Assembly: GCF_001194135.2 (NCBI RefSeq) | Contig: NC_068988.1 | Span: 13,616,762-13,680,761 of the forward strand | Origin: Octopus bimaculoides | Taxonomy: Eukaryota | Direction: 5' to 3' | DNA length: 64,000 nucleotides | Shown here: piece by piece, positions 26,096 through 38,894 of the stretch | Layout: the number at the start of each line of letters is the position of its first letter | Position numbering within the stretch: position 1 is the first letter of the stretch | The notes under the pieces: generated by a model | Told to the model about the DNA's origin: nothing | Seen by the model: the letters and a program-made list of their open reading frames with translations, nothing else | Database searches by the model: none | Translations under genes and position numbers: made by a program

Positions 26096-27983
26096 AGAAG
26101 TCAAAATCAGAAAAATTCAAGTTTGCATTTAATTACATTCTCTTCAAAACCTGTTCCTTTAGAATTGTCAGTATTGAACATCTGGCTACACTTTAGCCAA
26201 TCAGTTTAGATTGAACTAATCAACTTAGATGGTGCTATAAATCAAAAATTAGACAGCAAGAAGTCAACAAACTACAAATTACAAGATTTCAGTAAATGAC
26301 AATCATCATTACCGATTCTGTTTTTCCTGCTTTGTATAACTTTTTACACCTAACTTGTTGCTACAGTTATAAATCAGTCTAATACACTATTAATTAATTA
26401 ATTAAAATGAATTAAAATTATACCAATAAAAACTTAATTACAAAATCTTAAAATAAAACAAGATTAAAAATATATAAAACCACAAAAATTTGGCAAAGCA
26501 TTTATTTATTCCATTTCTAATGGTGTCAAATCTTTTCAAAAATATATCAGTTAAATTGTGCTTCGATTTTAACAAGTTATGGCTCTTAAATGCTAGAAAG
26601 CACTGAATGCAGAAAATGGAATAATTCCAAATATGTAAAGAAAAATCTATAATAGATTATTTGAACTTCCCAAAAAGCTTGCATTTAGTGATAGCTGTGA
26701 TACAAGATCTCAAAATGGCAACATTTAACAGGTAATCTGCTTATAGACTATTCATATTGAGAAAAGTTTAACTGTTAAAATAACAAGTGACTGTGACTAA
26801 ACTTTCTTTTCCTATGTAGCATAAAATTGTAAACGAGCCTTCAGTTACCTTTGGCTTATGAATATTGTGTCCTTGTCTATAACTCTGTATTACTAGAAAT
26901 AATTTCTAATAGCTATACTATAAGAGAAAAAAGGAAAAGGTTTTACAGCCATAGTTCAGTGGATGCTGTTAATAAAGATACAAATGAGACTACTTTCACT
27001 ATTTCTTCTCCCATAACATTGAGACTTTGTGTCAATATAATAAATCCTAATAAATGAAGGTTAATGAACAACTCATTGTGATCACTTGTATAAAGTATGA
27101 CACCAGTTTAATTAATATAGACTGAAATACATTCGCCCAAAAGTGCACCTAAATGTATGTCAGTGACCTAGCTTATAACATCAACACTACATAATATAAG
27201 ATTATACTTCTTTTAATACAGTGTCAATTTTGGAAATTCCAACAATATGATTATATTTGTTTCTATACCTTTTTTTCTTTTTTCCTTTTTTGCTTTTTGT
27301 TTCAAATAAAACAGTACAAGTGAGTGGCTTAAATAACAAGATGAAAAAAAGTAACAAAAAAAAAAAACCAAATAAATGGATTAAGCAATAGGTGATTTGA
27401 TCTGAAAATAGGAAAATGGATTAGAGCTAAGTGTATTTAGTTAAGTTCAATAGCATACCTTGTGTTTTACAAACAAGCAAGATAAGTAATACATTGAACA
27501 GTGGATAGCCTTATTAAGTATAGAAATAATGATAATAGTGAGAGGAGTATGTAAAGTAAAAATGCAATAATTCAGAGCTGTTAGAAAAAAAAAAAAAGTT
27601 ATAGCCAGCATATGCTGACTGAGAAACATTGCAACCTNNNNNNNNNNAGCATATGCTGACTGAGAAACATTGCAACCTTACTTCCACTATCATCATCATC
27701 ATCATCATCATCATCGTCATAGTGTGTAGCTAGTTTACTCAGTGCAATGTACAGTTTACGCTATATTTGACATTTCTGAAAATAACCATACCGAACTGAA
27801 CAAATTGGTGGCATTCATTCTTTTCTCAAGGACATGAATAACACAAATAAAATTAAACAAATTCAGTTGAGAATCAAAAATGGGTCATGGATTCAGGTTA
27901 TTAAGAACGTGTTTCTTACAGCATTCCATGCACAGCTTTGATGGATGTTAAATACTACGTTTTCCAATCAATTCAACATACAT

Positions 27984-28390
27984 GTGCACGGGTATGGCTG
28001 TGTGGTTAAGAAAATTGTTTCTCAATCATGTAGTTTCTGTTTCAATACTGCACAGAAGTTTGGTCAAATATCCTCTTATGTAACCTTGGGCTGACCAATA
28101 CTTTTTAAATGGATTTGGTAGAGACAAACTCTGCAGAAGTTTGTCATACACAAGATGGTAACTAGACAGAGACAAACAGAAATGCAGATGTCTATCAGCA
28201 CTGCATACTGCAAAGAATAAAATCATTGGCCTGATAAAGCATTATCCAGTTGTCTTTCAAAAGTCTCTGGTGATATTTGTTCTGGCTTGAGTTACAGACA
28301 CTCCCTTATCACTCACACCATCAGAAATGTAATGAACTTGTGATTGGCACATTGGAAACCTGTAATGAATGCTGCCATCATTTACCAATT
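27984..28390 (+). mobile_element. Family A SINE head joined to a different body
   Basis: ggtatggctgtgtggttaag head through ggatttggtagagac; the following ~240 bp does not match the A or C bodies. Confidence 0.6.
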
Positions 28391-29054
28391 ATAATATAAA
28401 AATAAAATACAGGTTGAAATTATGTTATAACTTTATATTTTAGGATATTTGCCATTTATTTGTTATTTTATAGATCTTCAGAATTTTGTTTCATACAACA
28501 TAATTGCAACGTAATATCTAGATTCAAAACTATAACAAATATTAAATAAATTATATTTTTATAACATACTTTAATGTTTCATGTGCCTGAAAAGCTGTTA
28601 ATTAAGTAGCAATTTAATTAATATGATGAGAATCAAGAATTAATCACAAAATCTTATTTTCACACATCTCACAAGATTTGCATAGTCACTTTATAGTTTC
28701 AATTTTTCTTTATCCATTCATTTATTTTCCCTGAGAGAGTAATTTTAAAAACTTTTTAAAAGTGCTGAGCTAAAGCATATCAGAATTAAAAGAGTAAAAA
28801 AAAAAGAAATGTCCCTTTTATCAGTTATGATAAAATTAAAAAACTTTCTAATTTCAATCCAAAAATACAAAACATTTTATACTTGAAATTTAGAGTAGAG
28901 TGTGTGTAAGTGAGAGAGAGTGACAGGAACTTCTGGGGGCGAAATCTAGGCACTCCAACCAGAATGAAATCTGTTATGAAGTTTCTTAGAATGTTATTCA
29001 AAGAGTTGTTTATAATGAACTGTTTCAGTAAATATTTGTACATATACACACATA

Positions 29055-29225
29055 CACACTCTATAAAGTGACTAATGCTAAGAAAGGTATCCAGACATAG
29101 AAATCAAGCCAAAGTAGATATTTGAGTTTAGTGCAGCCCTTGCTTACCATCCTGTTGAACCATCTAACCCATGCCAGCATGGAAAATGAATGTTAAATGG
29201 TGGTGGTAGTGGTAATGATGATTAT
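29055..29225 (+). mobile_element. Retroposon 3' tail module (label B)
   Basis: actctataaagtg...aacccatgccagcatggaaaatgaatgttaaat followed by a GGT/GAT repeat tail. Confidence 0.75.
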
Positions 29226-29869
29226 ATATCAACAGATATATGTAGATGGATTGATAATTGGCCCTTAGAAGCCTTCTAAATACATATCATTAGGATCAGT
29301 GCTGTATTAATGTATGCTGATATTTTATGTTGTAAATATAAATCTATAATCTTTCTCAACACTTTATGATTTAAAGTAATGAGAAAAAAAATCTGATCAC
29401 TTAATACAGAAAATCCTGCGAAAGTATATGACCACAAGCTTATTTTGATTGTAATGCTATTGACTGAGTGAAATTTTTTAAGTGAAATACACCACAGATT
29501 TTGGCTGTCCTTTTTTATATGAAAACACTGTAATACCTACAAATACATTAAGTAATGAAAACCAACAGAATCATTTTAAGATGAAATCCATTCTGTCATT
29601 TCTTCTAAAATGAAATCTAATGTAAATTGCATGCTAGGCATAACCTTTCAAACAATCTCTCAGGAATTCTGGATAACCAACAAAATGTAAACTGCATTAA
29701 AAAAAACATTGTTTTCTCTGTGCAGTCAAAGTACTTTAAACATATATAAATGCTTTATAAGAAACCTAAAAGTCTAGCAATGGGATGCTGCACATATATT
29801 TGAAATAGTGCATGCACCATGTTAAATCAATACAAAAGACTATGAACTATCAAAAGAAGCCTCTAAATA

Positions 29870-30050
29870 GTCAATAACTTGCTAAAAATAGTAGCCAAAT
29901 TCCCTTCATAATACATTCTTAAAAATGGAAAGACATGATATAGTCATAGTATATCTGGAAAGAGAGAAAAAAAATTGGAATGGCCACAGCTGAAATGCTT
30001 TTGATCATAGATCTGTTCAATCACAACTGATCTAGAGCTACACAACACAA
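29870..30050 (+). repeat. Unclassified interspersed repeat (label I)
   Basis: Shares motifs with 10765-10890 and gaatgcttttgatcatag with 44161-44185. Confidence 0.5.
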
Positions 30051-30759
30051 GAATCTACTTCTAGAAATAGCCATCCTAACATTCTCTTATAATAGGTCAA
30101 CATATCCTCCTCTCTTTGCTCAACTTATGATAGCAGTTATGCTAAAGTGAACTACTCCCACTACAGTTTAAACTCATGTAATGCATATAATATACCTAGA
30201 AAACAATTGGTCAAGTCTGTCATTTCCAAAACTACAGATATACGTCTTTCTTGTCCATTCTAATTATCAAATGAAAACCAAGTTAACTACACTGTCTTCA
30301 CTTGGCCACACTGGATTCAGTCTATGAAAGTCTAAAATAATAATAACTGTTCTTCTTTAGGTTAACAAATAAAAATTTAATGATCGAGTTATTAATGTCA
30401 TAACAAAATATTTTCATATCAAAATTTGCAAAATATTTTTGTATTCATATAAAACAGATTTTAAAATGTTTTATAGTTAGCAAAACTTAATGTTTATATT
30501 TTATACTAAAATATTAAGTAATAACTGTAATCTTCTTTTCCAGAGATAATTAAAGTTATAGTTCTTGTAATAAATTTATGGTTACTCATGTTAATGCATA
30601 AAAAGTTTCAAGTTTGATTTGTTTTAATGTAAACAGTAATTCTGATAAAAAGTTTGCAATATGTGAAGATTCTTTTTAATGAGAGTTATTTCTTCATATT
30701 TTCCATAAATGATAAAAAGAATGTGCAAAGATAAAGAAGCTTTAGCTTGGTTTAGACAG

Positions 30760-31130
30760 TGGCCTGTAAACACCTCAATGTGTATCATTCAAATGTGAGC
30801 AGTCATGTAGCTCGAATATATCAAGAACCTGCTCTGCAAACCCCCTTATCTCATACTTTAACCCCTCATCTCCTATCATAAAGCTGATTCCATCCCTCCT
30901 CAGGGTTTATAGTCTTGCAAGCTACATTGTGACCACACTAGTGTTGGTGACATGGAAAAAGTAACCAGTACATGCAGTGAAGTGATTGGCTTTAGAAAAA
31001 GCATCTGGCCAAAGAAACCATATCAAAGCAAACACTGAAACACACTGCAGTCTTTGGAACCATCAGATCCTGTCAGACCATCCAACCCATGCCAGCATGG
31101 AACATGGATGTTAAATGATGATGATGATAA
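30760..31130 (+). mobile_element. Extended B-module retroposon 3' end
   Basis: Colinear with the reverse complement of about 59690-60060 (aaatgtgag...aacctgctctg, gcagtctttggaaccatcagat, tail, (GAT)n). Confidence 0.8.
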
Positions 31131-31273
31131 TATTAAACAAACCAAGTTTTAGCAAATTTTTCCAAACAGTGTGCCAATGTCAAGATGTGAACCTGTAAGC
31201 TTAATTTTCCATACTATGCAATAATCTTTTCATATCTTTCTTTCAATCATATAGCTATTCTTTATATCAGAGA

Positions 31274-31717
31274 TTAACCCCTTGTTACTATATTTCTGTT
31301 GGAATCATTGATTCAATTAATTTTGAAAATAATGAATTTAGTAAAATAATTTTATCATTGTTAAGCTGGCATTTGCAGCATAAATTAACATTAGATTTTG
31401 ATGGAAGGTTTTCATTTTGATCACTTTAACCTTTAAGCATTTAAACTAGCTATATCTGGCTCAAACATTCTACTTGTTTTATGTTTAAACTGATTAGTTC
31501 TTACCTCTTACACCTACCCTACAGTGTCATTTTAAAAATAAATAATTACATCATCAAAATCTCCAAAACTATGAGACAATGGATGATTAATTCAAAACAG
31601 TGTTAGTAAATATGCTTTACATTTGATAGAGTAGTTTGAATGCTAAAGGGTTAAGACAGTAAGTTTATATAATAGAACCACAGGCAGTCTCAATTAGGTT
31701 GGTATAAAGAGTGTTAA
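31274..31717. mobile_element. piggyBac-type MITE family H, interrupted by a family G MITE
   Basis: TTAA-CCCCTTGTTAC ... GGTATAAAGAGTG-TTAA; the uninterrupted reverse copy is at 62392-62608. Confidence 0.8.
31426..31654. mobile_element. piggyBac-type MITE family G nested in H
   Basis: TTAA-CCTTTAAGCATT ... AATGCTAAAGGG-TTAA with duplicated TTAA. Confidence 0.85.
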
Positions 31718-32689
31718 ATATGAAAACAATGATAGCAACAACATGGATTTTCAAAATATAGATTTCCAGCTAAAGTGAAACTACTTTTCTAGACTACTTC
31801 AATAAGTAAAGCCTTTCAACAAAATTCATACAAACTTATCTAAATTTATGGGCTTTACATAATTTTGTATCTGCAGAAAATCAGTTAACTTATGACTTAT
31901 GAACTTCCATATGTATTACAATATGTAACCATAGAATAAATATAAAATTTAGATGAAACAGCCCTTGCCATATCAATCAATACATAGTCAAAACAATGGG
32001 AAGATGAAAATGAGCAGAAAATGTTATCAGTTATAAAATTAAATAAAAATAAATTTTGAATAATAATATCTTATTTTTGTTATCAAAATGTTATATTAGA
32101 TGTAAATAGAAAATATTTTTGGCTCACAGAATTTCATATATCTTCTTGGTAAACAAATATTAAGAATTGAAAATAACTTCTTACCTAAAAAAAAAAGTAA
32201 AAAGAAATAAATAAAAATATTATTGATGATTAATTAGTTAAATATAAAACATCAAGATCATATCGATATCTTCAAAATGTGTGCAAAAGAGAAAACAGTT
32301 AAATGAGAAAAATTACATTGTTGATGTAAAAGATAACCTAAACAGGACATGAGAAATGATATATTGTGCATTAGGAACATAAGAGACAGAGCAAGACCAG
32401 TAACAAGAAAAAAGAAAAAAAACAGTAACATTTTGGTTAAAAAGAAAATCAATATTTAAATACTAAGTGGAGATCATTGCAGTGTAGAGAGAGGTTCCCT
32501 GTGAGAAAATTTGCAACTTGGTTTTAGCTATTTCATAGCTATTTCACATTACAATTAATACAATTGAGAAAAGCATGAGTGACATTATGAGGCCTTGTAC
32601 AAAAGTTAAAAACCAATATTTTAATATGAAATACACATTTTAATAAACCTACTGGGTATGTTTTTTACTAATATAATTTTTGTTTTCAT

Positions 32690-33860
32690 TTGGTGGGTCT
32701 GGTGGAAAGGACAGTGCTCATAGGCTTTGCATCCCCTCTCCCTAGTCCAGTGTGATTAATACCACTAATGTCACCTAAAAACAATGCAAGTCAACACCTG
32801 CAGGAAAGATATAAGTTGGGAGAAAATTCCTGAGGGCAGACATTCTGTTAGTGTAGGGCCTTGTGAGGCTGGATACAAAGGTGATGGGAGGAGGAGATAC
32901 AAGTGAGATGGATATGTCTTAGTAGAAGTAGCATGAGTCTAGCCAGCTCCAAGGAGCAGAGGCCACGATTATATGGTAGGAAAGGCAGACACTGAGGAGA
33001 TAGTGAACCTGTGAGTAGTGGCTGGAGCATGTCTGTGAGTTATTCTATGCCAATCAGTCAGATGGACCTTTCTAGAAGTTGTCTAGGATGTTTACATGTG
33101 CAGTAGCAGCACTAACTCATAGCAATATTCTATGGTAGGCTTCAGTTGAACTTTGAATGAATCTACCAAACAACATGATATTGCATTATCTTGGTCTCTT
33201 ATTATCTGTTCCATAAGGCACACTCTCTAGACATCTGGTCTTGCTACTATTTCCCTTTATCTTCCTAGGTTTTTATCTTCCATGAGTACCTTCTATTGAC
33301 AGTACATAGCAGTCCTTTATCTAATACGGACAACCCATTTATGAGAAAACTGGTGAGGTTTGGCAAACTGACACCTGGACCCAGAAACAACATTTGGCTG
33401 ATTGATCAGCAATTCAAGCAAGTGTCCCCTGCACACTTAGGCTGATAAGTAATGCCCAGCTTCACTCTCCACTTCCTAATGCTCATCATTTCATGGAGGT
33501 TGACATTAAACATCCAATAGGTTTGTCTCACTTTAATCAAGCTTGCACAAATTCTCCACATTCTGACAATATTTTATAACCATGAATCTCTCCTGTTCAC
33601 TGTATCATGCTGTATATGGGAAGTCATTCAGCCTATATGACCCCCCCCTCTCTCTCTCTGACACTCACCCATGTAACAAGGAATGGCACTTAATTTACCT
33701 GTATTCACCCCCCACTACCATCATCCAGTACTCAAAACATCCTTTCCAAACTAACAGTCAATATTCCCTCTCCCACCCTATACTACTCCTCCACCCTGTT
33801 CTGATTCTACCATTATGTTCTTTTATTTCTTTCACTCAATCATCCTGGTTTTCTGTCTGA
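32690..33860 (+). mobile_element. GC-richer decayed element, probably a CR1/Jockey-like LINE 5' region and endonuclease
   Basis: SPLPNAHHFMEVDIKHP at about 33465-33515 resembles the ..IILGDFNVHH layout; the rest is unassigned. Confidence 0.35.
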
Positions 33861-34070
33861 AAGTATTTGTCATGCTAATAAATCTGAGATACATCAAGGG
33901 AAATAAAGTGTAATGTACAAAACCTACTACAGATTAATATAATAACTAAAAGTGGAAGAACATTAATCTGAGGGCAAGAAAGTGTTTAACAAATGTCAAT
34001 AGTTGTAGGTTTTTGCTAATATCATACTTGCTTCATACTTCAGTTGTAAAATATCCTGTTAACAATATAT

Positions 34071-34431
34071 CTTTTATCTTTTACTAGCTTCAGTCATTAG
34101 ACTGCAGCCATGCTGGGGCACCAGTTTGAAGAATTACAGTGAAACAAATCGACCCCCAGCACTTATTTTTAAGCCTGGTACTTATTCTATCAGTCTCTTT
34201 TTGTTGAACTGCTAAGTTGCAGGGATGTATGCCCCTCCTAATGCCAACCACTTTACAGAGTGTACTAGGGGGTTTTAACATGACACTGGCACATTTTCTT
34301 TCTACTATAAGGCTTTGGTCAACTTGAGACTATAGAAGAAGACTCTTGTTTAAAGTATCATGCAGTAGGACTGAACCTGGAACCATGTGGTTGAGAAACA
34401 AGCTTCTTACCACACAGTCACACCTGCACCT
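34071..34431 (-). mobile_element. Chimeric family A SINE containing a B-module fragment
   Basis: A body (34071-34230) and A head (34300-34431) flank tcctaatgccaaccactttacagagtgtact, also found in B copies at 51350 and 63613-63640 region. Confidence 0.8.
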
Positions 34432-34440
34432 GTCAAAATT

Positions 34441-34489
<49 letters not shown>

Positions 34490-34523
34490 GCTATGTTAAT
34501 ATGGAAAATAGCAATTATAATTA

Positions 34524-34752
34524 TTAACCCTTTAACATTTAATCTGGCCATATCTGGCCCAAATATTTTCTCTGTTTTATGTTCAAACTGGCCAGATCCT
34601 GCCTTTCACACCTACCCTATAATCTCATTTTGAAAATATACAATCACACCATCGAAATCTCAATGCTTACAAGATGATAAATGATTAGTTGAAAACAATC
34701 TGAATAAATAAACATTACATTTGACAGAGTAATTTGAATACTAAAGGATTAA
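34524..34752. mobile_element. piggyBac-type MITE, family G
   Basis: TTAA-CCCTTTAACATT ... AATACTAAAGGA-TTAA. Confidence 0.85.
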
Positions 34753-34771
34753 ATGTACAACAGATAAATGG

Positions 34772-34821
34772 CTAGTGAGTGAATTTGGTAGATGGATACT
34801 GGAAGAAGCCTTTTGTATATA

Positions 34822-34858
<37 letters not shown>

Positions 34859-35087
34859 CCATATCTTGACATCACATGATGGTTGTAAACGAACCTTACC
34901 ATTATACAAGAGATTATTTTCATTTCCAGTCTTCTACAAAAAAGTGTGGTCACGGGAAATATTACTTTACTTGGAAAGAGGTGAGGGTTTGAGACCAACA
35001 ACAGCCAGTTGTAGAAAATCTGCCTCAACAAACTATGTCTAACCCATGCAAGCACATAGAAGTGAACGTTAAATGATGATGATGAAG
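34772..35087 (+). mobile_element. 5'-truncated family C SINE (partial A-type head, (TG)n, C body, shared tail)
   Basis: Homologous to 36110-36395; ends aacccatgcaagcac...gttaaatgatgatgatg. Confidence 0.8.
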
Positions 35088-35982
35088 TGATACCACTATC
35101 AGCTAGGTAAACAATAAGATGAAGCTCACTTACAAATGATAGGATTTGAATCCATGCCAATAACATAACAGCAGGACTAATTTTCACATTAGGAAGATGA
35201 GCAGACAAAAGATGCTATAGATATTAGACTTAGTAGATTTTATTGGCTTGGGCAGTGTGCAGCTGCATTAGAATGAAGGAAGAAAGACCTCTTTTTCTCT
35301 TCCTGTGCTTTCATTTTATTTCCAGCTAGATTTATGACAACTACTGTCTAATAATAACTCCCTCGTGTCAAAACCTAAGGAGGAGAGAGTATAGAAATGT
35401 GAAGTAAGTGGCTTAATTGTTATAGCTTGTACCTACAATACCTATAAATACACCAAAATAAATGAATTTTCTTTCCAATTTACAAGATAGAAGAGACAAA
35501 GATTTCCTGAGCAAATAACCTTAAGCTATTGATTGTTCATAACAGAATATTTCTAGCTATTGGTATGCAAGGTACTGATACAATCATCAAAATGACAGCT
35601 CCGATGAAATATTATCATGCGATTTTATCAATACTCTATTTTCCTTCAAATATTCAGAACTTAGAATTTCCCAATATGAGAGAGAGAGAGAGAGAGAAAG
35701 ACAGACAGACAGAGATTGCATGCACAATTATTCCAAGATTAATAATTAAAAGCTTGCACCAGATTTATCTGATCTGAAAAATAATTACTACATGGTAACA
35801 GGATGGTTAAGATTAGTAGAAGTAGTTTAAGTGTTACCCTGACTTTTTTTTTTAAGAACCAAACCACTCTTGTCAGTATATGAAAAATGGATGTAATTCC
35901 CTGTAAAATGTCATAGTCTGTAAATGCTATTGAATCTAAAATTTTCATCTGCTACAATAATAAATTATTTTAAAATGGACAA

Positions 35983-36395
35983 CAAATGTGACTGTGTGAT
36001 AAGAAGTTTGCTTTTTAAATACATGGTTTTGGGTTCAGTCCTATTGCATATCACCTTGGACAGGTGTCTTCTACGATAGGCCTGGGCCAACCAAAGCCTC
36101 ATGAATGGATTTGGTAAACAGAAACTGGAGAACGCCCATTGTGTGTGTGTGTGTGTGTGTGTGTGTGCCTTTGTCTTGACACCATGTGATGGTTGTAAAT
36201 GAGCATCACTGCCATACAAGTGGTGTTGTTATTTCCAGTCTTCCTTGAAAAATATGTCTGGCCACAGAGAAATATTACTTTGCCTGGAAACAGATGGCAG
36301 GATAGGCAACTGGTCATAGAAAATCTGTCTTAATAAATTCCATCTAACCCATGCCAGCATGGAACAATGGATGTTATATGATGATCATGATGAAG
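35983..36395 (+). mobile_element. Full-length family C SINE
   Basis: tRNA-like head (gactgtgtgataagaag...gggttcagtcc), (TG)n 36139-36166, C body, ccatgccagcatgg tail and (GAT)n. Confidence 0.85.
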
Positions 36396-36427
36396 ATAAT
36401 AGCAAGTGATATACAAATCGTAGTAAA

Positions 36428-36690
36428 AGTGCAGTCAGTTGGCAAAACTGTTAGCATATCAGAAAGAATGCCTCGTGGTATTTGTTCTGGCTGTCTCAAA
36501 GTTCAAATCCCACTGAGGCTGACATTGCTGGTTATTCTTTCAAGTTTGATAATAAAGAATCAATTAAGTGCTAGGGTTGTTTCTCTCTGTCTGTCTGTCT
36601 GGATTGGTTACATTGAAGAGGCCAGCAAAATAGTGTTCATTCACATTCTACATCATTGTGGGCTCAATAAGGAAAAAGAGCAAAAGTTGA
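36428..36690 (+). mobile_element. Degenerate family D SINE
   Basis: ttggcaaaactgttagc...aagttcaaatccc; the only plus-strand D copy I found. Confidence 0.6.
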
Positions 36691-37676
36691 AGCCATAAGC
36701 TTGAACTAATTGTATAGTATAATGTAATAGTAAATATTTTTATGGACTAGATTTATAGTATAATGTAATATACTAAACATTTTTATATTCGTTTTAATAT
36801 AGATGTTATTAGGCATTATAAAATTGCTGAATCTAATCAGAGAGAAAAACGAAACAACAAAATATTAAAAATTAGATAACTGATCAATTATTTTTCATCT
36901 AAACATAATCACTGAGACAAAAGAACAAAAATATAGATAAAAATATAAATTTATCTTTAAGGTGAAAATATATAAAGCAAGAAGATAATTTACGAATAAA
37001 AATTAATTGAATATTAAATACAGTGAATAAAAAAAGGAAAATAATAGATGCCAAACAGAAAAGTGGCAACAATATATATAAATTTTATAATAGTTGAAAA
37101 AATGAAAATAAAAAGTTAAAAAATACCTACTCTACCCTGACCCGATGGAAAAATAATCAATAAAAAACAAACTTTCGCTTCAACAAAAATATTGTTGAAA
37201 CAGCTCTATTCATGATCTTTACTGCCATCAAATAATTTCTATCTGAAGTATTTCCTTTAAAGAAGTGTTACAAGTTAAATATTAAACAAAGCATGGCACC
37301 TTGAGGTTTTCGGTAAATATTAATCTTAAGAAGTGTTTTCATATTGATGTTTTTGTAACTATCATCTTTGTCACTGTAGTTCAACTTGTTTATTTTGTAT
37401 TATTTGAGGAAAGATAAATCCATATACTCAAGTTTGATGGTATAAAAATGTTGAAACGATCTTGTTGTAAAACAAAAAAATCAATAAACCAAAAACTCTC
37501 CTTCAGTACACTGTAGTATAAAAGATAATTAGCTTGGTAGACAATATCCTTCATAAGTAACAAGTTATTAATATGATCAAATAGAAAGTATTCATGAATT
37601 ATTCATGTAATTTGAATCAGTACCAAGGAGAAATGTTGTTCATTTTTAACCAGTTAAATTTAAGTTTGAATTATAC

Positions 37677-38307
37677 TTTTTATCATTTACAAGTTTCACT
37701 CAGTGGATTGTGGCCATGCTGGGGTAGCACCAACAAGGGTTTTGTTGAACAAATTGACCCTGATATATATTTTTAAGTGTGAAACTTATTCCGTTAGTCT
37801 CTTTTGCAGAACCTCCAATTTACAGGAATGTAAACAAACCAATGTGTGGAGACGCAATGCTTAGTGGTTAGGGTGTCAGCATCATGATTGTGAAAATGTG
37901 CTTTCGATTCCTGGAACGAGTGACGCATTGTGTTCTTGAGCAAAACACATCATTTCACATTGCTCCAGTCCACTCAGCTGGCAAAAAAGAGTAATGCTGC
38001 GATGGACTGGCGTCCTGTCCAGCTGGGGAACACATGCGCCATTGAAACCAGGAAACCGGGCCCATGATCCTGACTAGGCTTTAAAAGGGCGTAATAAAAT
38101 AAAAAAACAAACCAACACTGGTTGGACACAAACACACACACATACACAGATTCCATGCAATTTCTGTCTTCTAAATTCACTCACAAGGCATTGATCAGTC
38201 TAGGGCTACAGTGGAACACACTTGTCCAAAGTGTCATGCAGTGAGACTGAACCCAAAACTACATAATTGCACAGCAAACTACTTAACCACACAGCCATGC
38301 CTACACC
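37677..38307 (-). mobile_element. Family A SINE split by a nested family E SINE
   Basis: A body at 37677-37842 resumes at 38105 and continues into the A head ending at 38307. Confidence 0.8.
37843..38104 (+). mobile_element. Full-length family E tRNA-derived SINE with target-site duplication
   Basis: A-box gcttagtggttagg, B-box-like tttcgattcc, A-rich tail; flanked by AAACAAACCAA at 37832-37842 and 38105-38115. Confidence 0.9.
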
Positions 38308-38894
38308 CTTAAAATATTTTAATGTAGATAGCAGACTATTAACACAGTAAATAACAGATGATGCCAGTAAAAAAATTAAAAACAAACATTTTGGTAAATG
38401 AAAGTTTCTGTAAGAAATGACACAATTACAGCAAGTTTTACTGACTGAAATTATAGAGTAATTAAGTTGATTAGAATTTAAGCTAATAGTTTCAGCATTT
38501 GTATCATTTTATCTAGTTATATTGATATCAATTTCTAACTAGAGAGAGAAAAATGTGATTTAGCCATGGTGTCTATTTGTTTACTATATGTGTGTTTACT
38601 ATAACCACATGCTCATGAATTTAATCTACATATCTATTTGGCCTAATTCTGTTTCCTACATCATTGATTGGTTGAAATTACCGAAATACGACAACTTTAA
38701 CACGAAATAATTTCGTAAATAGAAACTTTTCTCAACAACGCTATGAGTAAAAGATGTTCTATATGACACATTCTACCAGTATAAGAGGTTTCAAAGTGCT
38801 GAGTTAAAGAAAATTAATTAATCGAGCTGCCCATGAAAAGGAAAAGATCTGAACTTGATAGAATATTAGTAATTTGTAGAATTCGAAGTATTTT

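Noticed and set aside
26215-26265. CCAAT followed by TATAAA (promoter-like)
   Set aside because: Both motifs are frequent in AT-rich DNA, and no downstream gene structure was found.
26849-26917. 69 nt minus-strand segment with strong acceptor and donor
   Set aside because: Stops in all three frames; at most a non-coding exon, with no support.
27607-27678. 31 bp direct repeat flanking a 10-N gap
   Set aside because: Typical unmerged contig overlap (assembly artefact).
35983-36060. tRNA-like A/B boxes in SINE heads as real tRNA genes
   Set aside because: No complete cloverleaf, and they run into SINE bodies; treated as tRNA-derived SINEs.
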